From: Haplodiscus bocki | Taxonomy: Eukaryota | NCBI GenBank assembly: GCA_965655095.1 | Contig: OZ296656.1 | Location: 75,454,001 to 75,518,000, forward strand | DNA length: 64,000 nt | Direction: 5' to 3' | In this document: piece by piece, positions 13,401 through 27,725 of the stretch | Position numbering within the stretch: position 1 is the first letter of the stretch | Layout: every line of letters begins with the position of its first letter | Made by a program: the position numbers and the translations under genes | The notes under the pieces: generated by a model | Database searches by the model: none | What the model saw: the letters and a program-made list of their open reading frames with translations, nothing else | What the model was told of the DNA's origin: nothing

Positions 13401-14402
13401 AGATGTGCCGCACGGAAATGACATTCAGCTCGTTCGCAGGAATTGTTTTCAGCTTGTAATTGTATCGCTCTTATAAAAAAATTAGTTTGTTAATTAATTT
13501 CTTTCTGAAGAGAAACAACCTTGATATAATGGATCTGCCATGCAGAAAATATCTGGCTTGTTATTATAGTTGCCAGATTTATTACTGCAATAAACTAGAC
13601 CATGGCTTCGTTTAATCGCGCGTATGACGTTTCAAATCAAAGATATTTGAGCCGAATTCGCAAAATTTCACCTGTTTCCGTCTGCGTGAACTTTCAATTT
13701 CACTGCGTGAACGAATGAGGCATTAAACTGCAATGCGTAAAGTGCGAAGCGACTTGTCTTTAATTCTCTTCCTTTTCTGGAAGATTTTTATGCAATATTT
13801 CTCAAAGAAGAAAAAATTAAGGAAGCGTCTTTCTTATAGAAAGTGGGTAGTAAAAATTCTATTGCGATCGCTATTTCATTTGTTGGTAGGTAACTCATTT
13901 TTTTCCTCTTTTGGAAGTATAATTTTTGTTACTAGCCATACAAAAGCAAAAGGTACTTTTGCAAGGTAATCAAAAATTTGACGAAAATACCTGGTAGTCC
14001 CTTTGAAATTAGTCCAGTTTTTGATATTTTAAATGCCAGGCTCAGAGTCAAAGTCACCATGAGCATTTGAAAGCTCTTTTTAGCCATTAATATATTTATA
14101 GTTTTCAAAATACAAAATATTACCTCCGTCGAATATAAACATTCGTTAATCGAATCTGAAACTCTGCCTTAAAAACTAGGGAAGAAAAGTTGCAGAAATT
14201 GTAATTCAAAACACAAAATGTCAAAACATTACTCAAAGTTTGCCTTAAAATAAAAACCGGTAAACAAATTCTTGCGAGAAAAACAAATTTTTGGAAAAGT
14301 TGTTAAATTAGTAGCATTCTCCGGCAAATTTTGAAAATAAGGCGGCAGGAAAAATTGTACCGTGGAACTGGCAAGTTTTAGTGTAAAAACACCTGAAAGT
14401 TG

Positions 14403-15256
14403 AACAAGAATGCCGGCTAGCACCGGCATATTTTTCGCCCAATTACAAATAATTTGATCAATTTTTGCAAACAGTTAAAACGAGGCTACTGTTTTGAATC
14501 TAGTTTTCAAAGGTTGTATTTTATGCAAAAGAAGGGATATCACTATTTTCTGTCGAAAATTTTTTGTTTCTCAGTATCAAAGAATTTCGTAGGGGAACCC
14601 TTCTGTTTCGGAAAATTTCTGGTATCGAAAAATTTTATGGATAAGAGGCAGGGGGTATCACGATTTTCTGTCAAAATTGTTTTGTCTCACAGTACCGAAT
14701 CATTTCGTAGAGAAACCCTTCTGTGTTTTAGAAAGTTTTGTGTATCGAAAAATTTTATGCCTAAGAGGGAAATATAACGATTTTCTGTAGAAAATTTGTT
14801 GTCTCACAGTACCGAAAAACTTCGTAGGGGAACCCTTCTGTGCTATGTTTCAGAAAATTTCCGTTAGCGAAAAAGTGTATGGATAAGAGGGGGGGGGGAT
14901 CTAACGATTTTCCGTCGAAAATTTTTTGTCTCACTTTTTTGTAATAGTGGAGTGAAAAATGTAGGTAAAGACTGGGATTCGAACCCATACCTAGCGCTTC
15001 AGAACACTGTTGTCCTACCCACTGTACCGTGGGAACACTTGGAATTCCTGACAAATGTCAGTGAAATCACAAAGATTTATGGCCCGACAGAGATTCGAAC
15101 CCGGACCTACTGCTTGAGAAATGTTTGTCCTAACCCCACTGCAGAACTTTGTTGATGAAAAATAGTTGGCCAATATGCACTGATGAAAAAAAGACCCCAC
15201 TATACTGAATGAATAATTTTTCTGTTATTTTCAAATATGCGGCGAAAAATTAAAAA
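14403..15256 (-). mobile_element. HINE family A, copy 2 (two tRNA-like modules)
   Basis: Same termini as 1311-2528 (aacaagaatgccggctagcaccggcatatttttcgccc ... gcggcgaaaaattaaaaa), about 4 tandem units. Confidence 0.8.
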
Positions 15257-18200
15257 TCATTTTCCGTTGATATAGGAAGTGGGCGGAAAACAAAGAGGGT
15301 TGAAAACATATATCAAATTAGTATCGGAAATGTACACAACGTATTGTCAAAATTACCCAAGAGTATCAATTGAATTTGCGAGTATCAGTTGCGAATCAAC
15401 CGTAAGTAATAGGTTATTATGGGTGTAAGTTATGAACAATGAATGATTGAGCAAATTCCTATCAAAAAGTGAGTATTCTAAATTGGCCAAACGTATCTGT
15501 AAAAAATTAAAATGACCCTAGCCTTTGAATAACTTCTTTGTTCAAATTATTATATGGAGGCGGAAAATAATAACTTGTTAGAGTTCGTTTGACGTTCTTC
15601 TCATTTCGAACCGACCCACACTTCGGTAAATAGTTTTTTCGTTGCCGGCTTCACTGGGGATGGCCAGTTTTTGTAAAACACTGAGTGGTACACCCTACGA
15701 AATTTTTTGGTACGGTAATGCTTCTTTTCGTGACCGAAATTGCAATACCCCTTTTGATACACCAAATATTTTCAGAGGCCATCGTTTTTTTGGTCGCTAA
15801 GAGTTGTCCTACGATGTTTTTTGCACTGGAGACGAAAAAAATAATTCCCTTTTCTATATACCAAAGTTTTTGAAAACCCGCGTTACGGGCGGGGCCGACT
15901 CTGGTCTTTCTTGGTTCGGTTTTTTAAAATAGCGGAAATTGGCTAACCAAATTCATCAAAAATCAGTCATTCCAACCGCTCAAAAAAGTCCTCAATATAA
16001 AAGCACGTTTAATTTCTTTATCATTTCATATGACAATTATGCAATGAACGGCGTGGCGATCATGTTTGACCATCGTACTTTGACACTCTTGTATCTCGAT
16101 ACTGTTTTTTTTGGCTTGTGGTAATTCGACTTGCAGCCGGCTACTCATGGGTTTCGCTCAATAGTTGATTATTTTTGCATAATAATTAAAGCTGTTAACA
16201 CTGTCATTAGGCAACTGGTGTGAGACTCTTTTCGATCTCAAATAAAATTAATCAATTTTCTATTCAATATGATTCGATTCTATGATTTTCGACTCGGCAT
16301 ATTTCGATTCCACTCTGGCAGCTCATTTTTAGTACAATATTTTGTATACTGGCGCCATATTTTCCTCTTAATGTAATATTTCTACTTTGCATGCTACTCA
16401 AACAATTTTTTGATCACTGTGACTAAACTGGTACTTCCAGAATACACGGAATGCATTCGTTGGGTCCAAAATCTGCTCTGTTTTTTTGCAGTGCAATTTT
16501 TCTTCAAAAACGTTTTTTTCCTTTGTAAGATCTTGAAAAATGGTTCGACTATCTTGAAGGAAGGAACGCGGCGGTGGGGACGGTAGGAGACGCTAAAACA
16601 AAAACAGTTCCTCAACTACGTATAGTTCTAAGACGTTGGCTTTGAAAATGTGTAGCAGTAGATGCCTTGAAGTGTTTTTTTTCTAAGTGAATCGACCAGG
16701 TCGGTGTGAATAAAGAGATAATTTTGCTTTCATCTCTCATTTGCTCGTTTCAACAATCTAAGCGACGTTTGATGTCCCACGCATGGCATCCCATGCACAC
16801 ACAGTCAATGAAACCGAACTTGGAATTTTCGAATCCTCTACTTACTTTTTACTTGAAAAATCTCACAGTTCTGCTCACACGCTTCTATTTAAAAAAGTGA
16901 TTCAGGGATGCTTCAAATAACAGTTTTGGAGCAATCGCTAAAACTTAGTTTTGCAAGTGTTGACCCTTTTGAGCGCAGTTGCTTTTCAAAATGGCGGCGT
17001 CGGCGGAGTGTGGAAAATATTAACTGGTTCACGGTGCCAGGATAGTTTGATCTAGATTTTCTAAGTCTTTGATGTTTTGTTTGAAGTTCCGGTGGGTTTT
17101 GTTCTGTGAAACGAGAAAAATTAGAGACAAATATAAATGAATTTGGTGTAGTTAATTATTGATGTTTAAAAACTGAAAAATTTAATCTCATTAAGCCTAC
17201 CGCAAGCTTCCAATAAAATATGAATATTCAATTAGGCTGAGAAAAAACTAATTTTGAGAATTCACCAAAATGAATCATTACTTCGAGTATAACTGTGGGA
17301 AAAGGTTTTGATACCTATCGTTAATTATGAAATCAGTGTTGCCTTTGCTTTTAAACCTGAAGTTCTCATGTGCTTTTGTTTTTGGATCCAGGAAATTAGT
17401 TGGAAGCGAGTCTTGACGTTGTAGATCTCTCAAAAATGGCACTGGCTTTCCGAAGGTTATATAAAACAAGTTGGAGGGCAACAATTTAATACATCGTATG
17501 ATAATCTTAAATGCTTCTAATGTTATAGATTTGCACTTGAAATTACAGCCTTCCCTCTTCAAGAGGTCTTCCCTCAGAAGTTTTTAATACACAACTTTTG
17601 AATCTCGTATCGACTTTATCGTTAAGTGTTTTCATCTGCAATGTGTTCGATGTCTGAAATTATTTGAAAAATCGCAATGCGTTCATGCATTGATTTATAA
17701 GTTTATGTGCACTTAACACTGTTGCCTAATTTTGCAGTTTTGGAAAGAATTTGACTGAAATTTACGAAAATCTAATCTGAAGTGATGGTGAAATGTTAAT
17801 TCAATTTTCAATGCCAAAAAATCCGCTTTTACTTTACCGTATCATTTTTCCATAATTCTAGCTTTTCAGCTTCAGGTGGTTTTTCCCCACCGCATTCCAG
17901 TCATCCTGTGCCGCTGTGAGGGTGTAACGTGGCGATGCATTTGGATTGTTTTTGTCTTTCTCTTTTTCGTCTTCTATCAAGCAGTGAGCAGTTAACGAGC
18001 CGGCACAATAAATCTAGCAGCTGCTCACAAAACAGTTTATATTAAAATCGTCCAACCACTTCCTCATCCCAGACGCTGTTTTGTTCACGGGCGCTCGAGG
18101 TGAAAACCAAGTGTTATTACTTTGTAAACGCAATATTAGAGCTCCCTGGCTATAATTATAATAACTGGGTTTATTCATTATAACTAATTAATATTATCAC

Positions 18201-18472
18201 AGGTTAGCACGGTAGCCACGTTCCTTGATTCATCTTTTTCTTCCAGTGTAAATAGGTCGTATGTGTACCGTGACTGTGGGTGTTTTGATAGCTTTTGATC
18301 GCTTTAATAAGCGACTATTTTTTTTACTAAAATTGCGAGATTTTTTCAACACATTCTGACTGAAAAGAAGAATGTCTATTGGAAACCGGCTTATGCATAC
18401 TTCTTCTGATTTGCCCAAAACTTGTTTTTTTTGACGTCATGAGAGAATCTTCGTCATCTGATGTAATTTATC

Positions 18473-19178
18473 AACAAGACGGCCGGCTAGCACCGGCATA
18501 TTTTTCGCAGGAATACAAATATTTTGATCAACATTTGCCCAGAGTTAAAAACGAGACTACTGTTTAAAATCTAGTTTGCGAAAGTTTTCTACAAACATCA
18601 ATTCCACCACTGATTTCTATATTCTATGCACGACTTTTCGTTCAAAATTTTTTTGTCTCACAGTACCGAAAATTTCCGTAGGGGGGAATCCTTTAGTGTT
18701 TAATTAATTTCGGGTATCAAAATATTTTATGCTTCAGAGGATTATGTCACGATTTTCGATTTTCTGTCGAATTTTTTTGTCTCACAGTGCCGAAAAATTT
18801 GGTAGGTGAGCCCTTCTGTGCTGTGTTTTAGAAAATTTCCGGTAGTGAAAAAGTTTATGGATAAGAGGGGGGGGGGGAAGTTTCAAGATTTTCTATCGAA
18901 AATTTTTTTCTCACTGCCGAAAATTTTCGTAAGGGAACCTTTTAGTGTTTCACCAATTTAGGGTATCGATAAATTTTAAAAAAAATCGTAAAAATCTTTG
19001 GCACGACAGGGACTCGAACCCCGAACTTACTGCTTGAGAACGCTGTTGTCCTAACCATACTGCTGTCATTTATTTTTGAATAAAAAGAGTTGGCAGTTTT
19101 GGACTGAAAAAAAAGAAAAACGACCCTACTGAATGAATAATTTTTCTTGTATATTACATATACTGCGAAAAATAAAAA
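18473..19178 (-). mobile_element. HINE family A, copy 3
   Basis: aacaagacggccggctagcaccggcatatttttcgc ... tgcgaaaaataaaaa; about 3 tandem units and one tRNA-like module (~19000-19068). Confidence 0.8.
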
Positions 19179-19194
19179 CGACCTCTTTTTGGCA

Positions 19195-19490
19195 GGTACT
19201 TGTCCATTTTTGCGTTTTTCGCAATGAAAACTTCTTTAACGTTGGACAGCAAAATGGTGTAATGAAAAAGGCATGATTTACATAAGCTAATTTACAAGTA
19301 TGATACCATGCGACAAATATTTGTCTCAATTTGGCTTTTTCGAACAAATTCTTGTTTGACAGTTGGTGTAGTATTTCTAAAAGTGTCAATCAGATCTCCG
19401 ATCATAGTTTCAAACGTCTTCTGCAATTCTTGATCTTAACTGACAAGTCAGAATGTGTTGCGATGTTCCGCTTCGCCTCTGTGTTCATGA
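19195..19490. repeat. Dispersed repeat family F
   Basis: atttgtctcaatt...ggtgtagtatttctaaaa.tgtcaatca...acaagtcagaatgt.ttgcga shared with 32690-32990, 56075-56410 and a piece in each triplication unit. Confidence 0.65.
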
Positions 19491-22400
19491 TTTGGAACCA
19501 GAAACCCATTATTTGGATCAAAGTAGCAGTAAAGATTGAACTGCAACCTTTGCGAGTGATTGATTAGATTTTCAGCAAAAACGGCCTTTTATCAGATGCT
19601 TTTTTCCCGCTTAATAATCGATTCTCGGATTCTGTTGCATTCAGTTGTGTTGCCAACCTTGAATATAAGTCATTGAAGGGGTGATAAATAATTTTTAGTC
19701 GTTGATTATACATTAAAGAGAAAGTGTCCAACTATTACAGTGGCCAGTTTTTTTCACCATGTATTCTCCGAAATTGAAAAACTGGGACCTTTTCTGTTAC
19801 TTCCCCACACCATAATGGATGTGCGAAACAAGCGGTATAATGGTTTAACTCACGAGCGAGTGCATGTTAGCCAATCAAGAGAAGTGTTCGGTTCCGCGTG
19901 GAGGAATAATAATTCTCGTTACTATTGCGGGGAGGGGGGTAATTAACAGAAAATATCCAAAAATTGATATTTGTGGAAAATCAACCCACTAAATGAAGAA
20001 TTGTCGGGCCAAAATACGAAACACCATCAATAATTACAGAAAACAACATTTTCAAAACACCAAAGAATCATTACGAATTTTTCGGCGCTTCAGAGAAAAA
20101 TTTTTGACAAAAATTGTGATAACCCAAAAAGTTTCGGAAACAAAATTGCTGGTGGACAATCGAGGGTTTACTGTACTTCCCTTTGGTATTTTGATTTTTT
20201 CCCAAAAAAAAATATTCAAAACATTAAGGGCACCCCTTCACTAAAATTTTCAACCTTATTGGCGGCGTCGAATTCAGCAGTTACTGACCTGTTTGAATAA
20301 AACCACTTTTTTTAATGATTCGTAAGAGTTCTTCGGCTGCCCGGGAGTCTGTGCATGATTTTTTTAACCAAATTTGCAATCAATTTTTTAAAAGGTGGTT
20401 TTTCACAAGACTTGTGTTAGACGGCTGTGTGCTGCCGCTACTAAGTTGAGCTTGCTCTTTTTTAAGTGCATAATTGGCGAAACAATTTGTGCACGTTTAT
20501 CAAGTGCCAATTATATCACTTCAATTTGTTTTGAACTCCGCGGCCCATTCGAATTAATTACGTTTAATTTGTTTTGAGCTTTTTCTTGTTCGATTTCGCA
20601 AATAAAGCTCCTTTTAACTCGCACATTTACTAACCACTCTCAATGATTTGTAATATAAATCTTATATCCACTACTTATTTTTACTTGTTAAACTCCACCA
20701 CTTTTACCAAAAAGTCATAACTACAAGTGACTTCTTAATGGGCCCAAGTTTTCACACCTGAAGTGAGTAAGTCTCGCTCTGCTGATTGAGTTTTTAAGCC
20801 TAGTTACTTCGCCGCTTTTAAAAAATTAATTGAGACAATGTTTCTTAAAACCTTCGCGACATTTATTTCGACCATCTTAACACGAAGAAAAATTGTTGGA
20901 GGTTAAAATTTTGTTGTTTCTCCCCTTTTTAGTTTTTTTTGAAGAATCAATTTATATTTTGCATAAATCACAATTCACAAAGAAATATTTAATGACCCAG
21001 TTTTTCATCTCTCGGACTATGGGGGTCATTCAATTGTACTATTTTGGGTCGACGCTTCATGAAATAAAAAGGCCGATTATTATATTAGGTAACTCACTTC
21101 GATTCGATTCTTTTTTTTGTAGAGTTGCATTTTCTGGCAAAGTAGTGTTTTTGACGCTACGAATCGTGTCATATCTTTCAAAACTATTAGAATTAAATAG
21201 AATAAAAAAATTCGTGATACAGTACACACTGGATATTCTATTACATTCTGGAATTTGTGTGTGGAGGCAAGCACCGAAAATTTATGGAAAGTTCCTGATA
21301 CTTCCCAAATTTTGGATTGTCTACACCAGCAAAGCCTTCTGCCAGATCGGCAGATTATATCTTATCGAGATATTTTGAAGTTTACTGGACTTCAGAGTCA
21401 CTGTTATTACCCTCAATCAATAAAGTAGGCGAGTGATGAATGCAGCGGACGAGTTGATGAACTCACATGATTTTTTCATGCGGCATGATCATCATGACGC
21501 CGTAACCGAAACACACTCGCTGAGTTGTATTTACTCGCTTTTTATTGGCTCGCTATTTTCACTTGCTGACTGCGCTCCTTCGGCAATGACGTCAGAAAAA
21601 TTTTGAAAAAAACGACATGGTGCACTAGCTCCATTTTATATAGGATTTTATGTGGCCGAATGAGTAGGGCAGAAGGGCTCCGAGGCCACAGTCGAATCCC
21701 AGCATAAACTATGTTTTTTATACAATTAATACCGAAGTAATGTTTTCAAACATTAAAATGAACTCTGTCGTTTGAGTGTTTTGAGCCTTACAGGCTGCGC
21801 CGACTCTGGCCATTTCCATTTTCGGATTGAAATCTCTTCGTTTTTGTCCGACTTTTTCGCCTTCCGGGTTTTTTTATTTTTATTCAATTTTGAGCTTCGA
21901 GAGAGAGAGAAAAAGAAACTCAATCATTATTTTAATCATGTTAGGCAACGAATTTCATCTTTTCAGAACTTCAAATTTCCTCCAGCTTTTTTCAACTTTC
22001 AACTTTTTTTGCGGAAGTGCTTCGTTGTGACGTGAACAGGATAGAAATTGGCCAGATCGCAATGATCGTATTTTCAAGCAGAAAAAATGTTGACGCCGAG
22101 AGTGAACAACGTTTCTAGCAGACCGTTTGTTAATGAAGCATTTCCGCAAAATATATAAAAATTGAATAAATTGGAGGAAACTTGAAACTTTTAAAAAATG
22201 ACATTCGTTGTCTACCATGATTAGTACTGATTGATATTTCATCTTTCGGAGCTCAAAATTGAATACGTGCTGGAAGAAAAACGAAGAGACTTGAGTCTTT
22301 GGAATTATGATATAAGATGCCAATATGTTTATTGCTGTTGGAGTTATTGTTTCTTGCAATTAAACATTGAGCCAAATTTTCAAAAATGGAAGGGGTTAAA

Positions 22401-22529
22401 AAAATCATGAAAGCAAAGATATTCATTTCAAAGATAATAAACTGAAAACAGCTCAAAGTCGGCGAAGCCCTTCTATAGTGCGCCAAAATTCGAGTAAACG
22501 ATAAGAGGTATCAGAAAAAAGCTTAGAAG

Positions 22530-22975
22530 CTTTTCGCAGGGGGACTCTTTGGTGTTTCTGAAAGTTTCTAGTAATGGAAACCTTTATGGATAGGGTTTTT
22601 TGCACTTTTTTTGTCCGTGAAAAGTTTTGGTTGTCTCTAAAAATTTCTGGCGTTGACCATTTGTGGGGTGCAAAGTTTTTGGTAAACCATGGAGTATCAC
22701 GAGAGAGATGTGAAAACTTTTGGTGTCGTGAAAAAAATCGGTGTCACAAAAATTTTTTGGTATTGAAATAATTTTCACATAAAGGGGGTATCAAGAATTT
22801 TGAACAAATTTTTTTGTCTCCTTCTGCCGAAAAATTTTCGTAGAGTGAATGGTGTTTCTAAAAGTTTCATTTATTTAAAAAACTTATGCGTGAAGGGGGT
22901 ATCACGAATTTAGAAAAAAAATGTCTGCCAGTGCCGAAAAAGTTGTGTAGAAGGCACCGTTTGATGTTTTGAGTA
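22530..22975 (-). repeat. Degenerate array of the family A internal tandem unit
   Basis: Recurrent ggggtatcacga...tttgtct...gtgccgaaaa...cgtag motifs, diverged; no termini recognised. Confidence 0.6.
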
Positions 22976-25900
22976 CTTGCATGCTTTAAAATAATATGCC
23001 TGGGAAAACGTAAGGGATAAAAAGAACAATTCGTTGTGATCTTCAAGAAACTAAAGGTACCAATTAGAACATCCTGATAATCGTCGTGGAATTTCACAAA
23101 ACTTTTTTCTCTACAACACTTTTCTGAATCAACTTTTGATTGAAATAATGAAACTTTTGTTTTTATGCAGCAGGTATTTTTATCGATCCAAACTTTCGAT
23201 AAAACTCTATGAAATTTTCATTCTAAGTCTTCCATTTCCGATTATCAAAACACTTTTTAATTTCTAGGCATATGTTCTATGAATGAAATGTATCATGTTT
23301 ACTTTCATACAGGCAGGCGAATAAATAAACAGGTTTTATTTCATGCTGAAATAGGTTTTAACATAAAATGGCAATGATTTGACTATTCAAATATTTCTTG
23401 AATGTCTGTCTGTCTGTAAAAGCAGAGTTTGTAAAAAATGTACTTTTTGGACGGTAGATTACAATTTCATTGAATATGAAATTTCTTAACCTTTTGATGA
23501 AAATTTCTTCCTTATTTGTTCAGCATATGTAAACGAAGCCTGGTTATGAGTAATAATTATTATGCGTTGCCGTCAAGTGTGATCTTAACCTGAAGGTCTA
23601 ACCCTTCGTTATTGTTGTTATTGTTGAAGGATGTTGCGGCAACTGTCTTGGTCGACATCTTTCATTAAAGTGGCTCCTCCGCTAGAGGCTTTTTCTTCCA
23701 AGTTACATGTATCAACCAGTACTCACCACTCTTCACCACTAGGAGCCCTCTGGTGACCAACAAATGCCTTCGATGGAATTGAATGAAGTACCCTATGAAT
23801 AGAATGTAAAATGTTACAACGCTGGAATCGTTCCTTAAAAATAGAAGGATGCATTTCATTTCATATTTCCGTCTTTCCTATCAACCAAGTCTCTTATGGA
23901 TGACTGATTCCAGCCTTAGTTCTGGATACAAACGCCCTAGAGCCAAAGTGCACTGAGTTTTTAAGACCTTTTATAAGCGTGTGTTTGTGAGGGAGGGGGG
24001 GGGGGCTGGAATAGATTGATTTGCAGAATACTAAAATCTGCAAGGCTTAATTAAGTACGACTCAATAAATTCGTGAACATCATAATTTTTTCTGGGATAA
24101 ATTCTTTACACAGAAGCTTGAAGCGAATTTTCAAAAACATTTTTCAACGTTTTCACAAGTGAGATGAGCGAATTATTCGTACGTCAGCTTCATTCTGTAT
24201 ACATTTTTTGTCGCTCCTAGTCTGTCAGAAACTAATTCTCTCTTTTGAAAAGAAAAGATGAAAATGATTTCTTAATTGAGTTCCATCTGGCGTTGCTTAT
24301 AGCACATTCTTACGCCATCATGATCAATTCCGATGAGCTGGTGGCATTAGAAGAGCCATTTGACTTTCGGCTGCTTCTTGGCGGAGCCTGTTGACCGGAT
24401 AAATTTAACATGTCATGAAAATTGACGAACAATTTTAACGCACAGATAATTGAAATGAATTGTAACCAGACGCTTAGCTAACTCCGTGATACGTTCCACC
24501 ATCCAATTTGTTGATAATTTTGAAATTTCGTGGTGAGAATATCTGAAATTTTGAAATCTAATGCTTAAAAAATCAAAATGAGGCTTTATTAGCTCGAAAG
24601 TTGCTTTAAAACCTACTAATCACGGACATTTTTTTTGAATCACGCAAGTTTTTTTCAGGAAACCATAAGCTTTTGATCGAAATGTCGTTTTTACACGAGC
24701 AACCAAACGAAGCAAAGTGTATTACGGACGGTTTTCGTTTTCAGAACTTGAAAAATTTCTTTTCTACAAAGTACTTACTTTTTGTGATACTCGTTTTTTT
24801 TCAAGTCTTCGGTAAATTTTAATGGGTCAAGAAGAGCCCATTCTAAGAAGGTTGAGGCATAAAAAGCGATCTAAGAGTATTTATTTACCTTTTCCCTAGG
24901 AAAAGCACGAAAAATAGTTACTTTTACCTTTTTTGTTGGTCTAAAAACGGTGGTAGATGATGATAGATGATCAACCAACCGTGACTAATTTTGATTGAGC
25001 TAGTAAATTGAGACTAATTGATACTTTTTATTGATTCTCTTATGTCCCCTATTTTGCAAGAGTTTGTGAAGGAAGATATGGGAATTTTTTCCTGAAATTT
25101 GTTGCACTTTTGCCGTCCCTGCAACGATGAACAGTCTCACCTCGCGTTAGAAGGAGCTCAGTTTTTGTCCCAACAAAATTTTGGGATTGTGGGCAGGTTA
25201 GATGAAGAAAACGTTCCAAGGCGATTTATTTACTTCAGCGTAATAAAAACTGAAGAACATTTCTAGTTTTACGTCTACTTATGGATTCTACTTACGAAAT
25301 GAATTGACGTGAAAACTGAACAGTCAACTGATCTTAATGCTGCAAGTGCATTGTGAAAAAAACTATCACAGGCTTTTGTTGGGTGTCTGTGGGATTCTGC
25401 TGTTGGGAATTTTTTTTTATTGAAATAATCAAGAAAAGATTCTAAACTTTGTCACCCTGTTGCCGTCTTCGGTACAGCCAATAGTCTCTTTTCAGTTTCA
25501 AAAGATTTGATTTCTGCCCTAGCTAGACAAAGCAGCCAACATTAGGTTTTAATTATTTTTTAGTTGGAAAAAACAGGTGGTGCGACTTCAATTTCGGCTT
25601 TTGTATCTTCCAAACTCTAAAGCATGGTAGATGACGTTTCAACAGAACCCATTTCCAGCTTTTACTTTACTTTTAAGGTGTAAAAGTTTGACCTCTGTTT
25701 CCAGAAAATTTATTTTCCGTATGGTCGAATGAAACGGACTTGATTTTGGTCGTTCTGAGGCATCATCGACGATCCAAAACCAGTTTACTTATCTTCGAAT
25801 AGAACGACTTTGACGAAATGTTTGCTTTTTTTAATACTTTCTAAACTGGCGATAAAATTTTTCGCTTTGTTATGGAATATAACGAAAGAATGTTGTACCT

Positions 25901-27436
25901 CATTGTGGAGTTTTTTGATGCAGTTGTTTTTTCAAAGATTCATAGTGGCACCGCGCTTTTTTGTATTTTTCGACGGATTATCAGTTTTTCTCTACCGTGT
26001 GACTTTGCTCTACGAGCATTTAATGCTAGTCTGACTAAATTCAGTAGAGAGATGCATTCCTCTTTGTTTCAATTGCAAGAAATCTAGTTTCTTCTCTGGT
26101 AAATTTTTTCAGGCCTTAAACTGATACGCTTAAAGCCTATAGATCTCACGTTCTTTTTTCACGTCTCCGCGCTACTTTGCAATTGGATTCGTGAATGACC
26201 GGTTGAAAGTTACAATGAAGTGATTGACTTCCACTTGTTTTTTATTCCTTTTTTCCTTAAGATTTTTTTCGCTTTGAAGTGAAAAGATCATTGAAAGAAA
26301 GTAAGTGGGAGGATTTATACCAGTCCACGTTATCGCTATGTACATCATCATTCAGTCTTTGTTTTCAATTACATTTAGTACTTGTTTCAAATAGTTTATT
26401 TGTCAATTGGTTTCGCTTTTCCGCTTTTTCATTTTCTCATTTCACTTTTTGCTAAATTCTCTCAATTAGATTTTCTTACTATTTTAATTCCATGGCGTTT
26501 CTTGCGTTGCATGCTTGATGACTTTGCTTAACTTTTCTGAAAAAAAAATCATTTTCGCCAATAAAATACTTCTACTTGTGATTAGACAGCCCGAGAAGAT
26601 GTTTAGATTGCTCTGGTTGAACTCCTTTTTTTCTCGCGGGTTTTGCGAAACACCGCTGCGTCTGTTTAACAATTGCCATATCGAGTGTCATGAACGGGGA
26701 TAGGGTGGAAGTTTTTGTTTTCAAAACACCTCCTCTGTCAACTAACGTAAATAACTATCAAATTGCACGATTCTCCAATTGTGCGCTTCGCGGATTTCAA
26801 CTGTCTCGTCTGCTTGCTTCAATTTGTTCGCAAAATATAGTTTTAGCATATATAAAATGTGAAATGTTAGAGAGTAATATACTTTGGCCTGTAAGTTGTA
26901 GTATTAAATAATTTTTCCTTCACTTGACCAATTTTTAGTTCAAAGCATGGGTCGGAAATTTTTAGAACGTAGTTTTATATTGTCCATTTTATTCATCGAA
27001 AAGTTGTATGTTCAGGCTTTCATGTAATGCACCAATTCGACATCAAGGAACTTGTGAGAATTTGGACTTTCAATTTTGTTCAATTGACCGAGCTTCTTTT
27101 TCAGCATACGTATGAAGTAAATCTTTGTGACGCCTCAATTGCTTTTACAACAGGTGAGCAGAATTTTCCGGGAGCTTCAAATATCTCCTTTTTTTTTCGT
27201 GAATATATTAGTTTGAAAATTTTTTGCGACCGAAGATTATGCATCAGTTTCTGTGAAGTGTCGTGTATACATGAACAAGTACCGATTATACTAGTATTGC
27301 CAATACCGGAATATGCAAGTACACTCAACATGGACATTGTGATAGGAATAAACGCATCTAGTTGGATCTTGGTTTATATTCAATTATCTCAAGGCCTGGG
27401 AAAAATATCGCATTCTAATATTTAAATTTTAGCGCT

Positions 27437-27725
27437 GCAGAAAATGAAAAAGCTTCAACTGACACTCGGTGCACAAAACAGAATCCTCAAATTTTGCATC
27501 CGGCCAGTTCTGATACACGGCTGTGAAGCCCGGAAATTGCTGAGAGCAGAAAAGAAGTTGAGGGCGACCGAAATGTGGTTTATGAGGATGGTGAAAGCAA
27601 GATAAGGCTTCGAATGATAAGTTCTCAGGAGAGCTAGAAAACAGAGATGGATAGTGAGAATTATGAGATGAGAAGCTAGAGCATGTTGTCACAACTATAA
27701 AGATAAGTAGTGAATGTTCAAGATG
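27437..27725 (+). mobile_element. RTE-clade non-LTR retrotransposon, decayed C-terminal ORF fragment
   Basis: Reads QNRILKFCIRPVLIHGCEARKLLRAEKKLRATEMWFMRM and, downstream, EKLEHVVTT. These match the RTE post-RT consensus (..LKCY..P.L.YGCEAW.....KKLEA.EMWF.RRML; EKLEHLVTTG), with stops and deletions. Confidence 0.8.

Noticed and set aside
23605-23950. Possible minus-strand LINE 3' end with a (CAA/TAA) tail
   Set aside because: No convincing protein motif was recovered.
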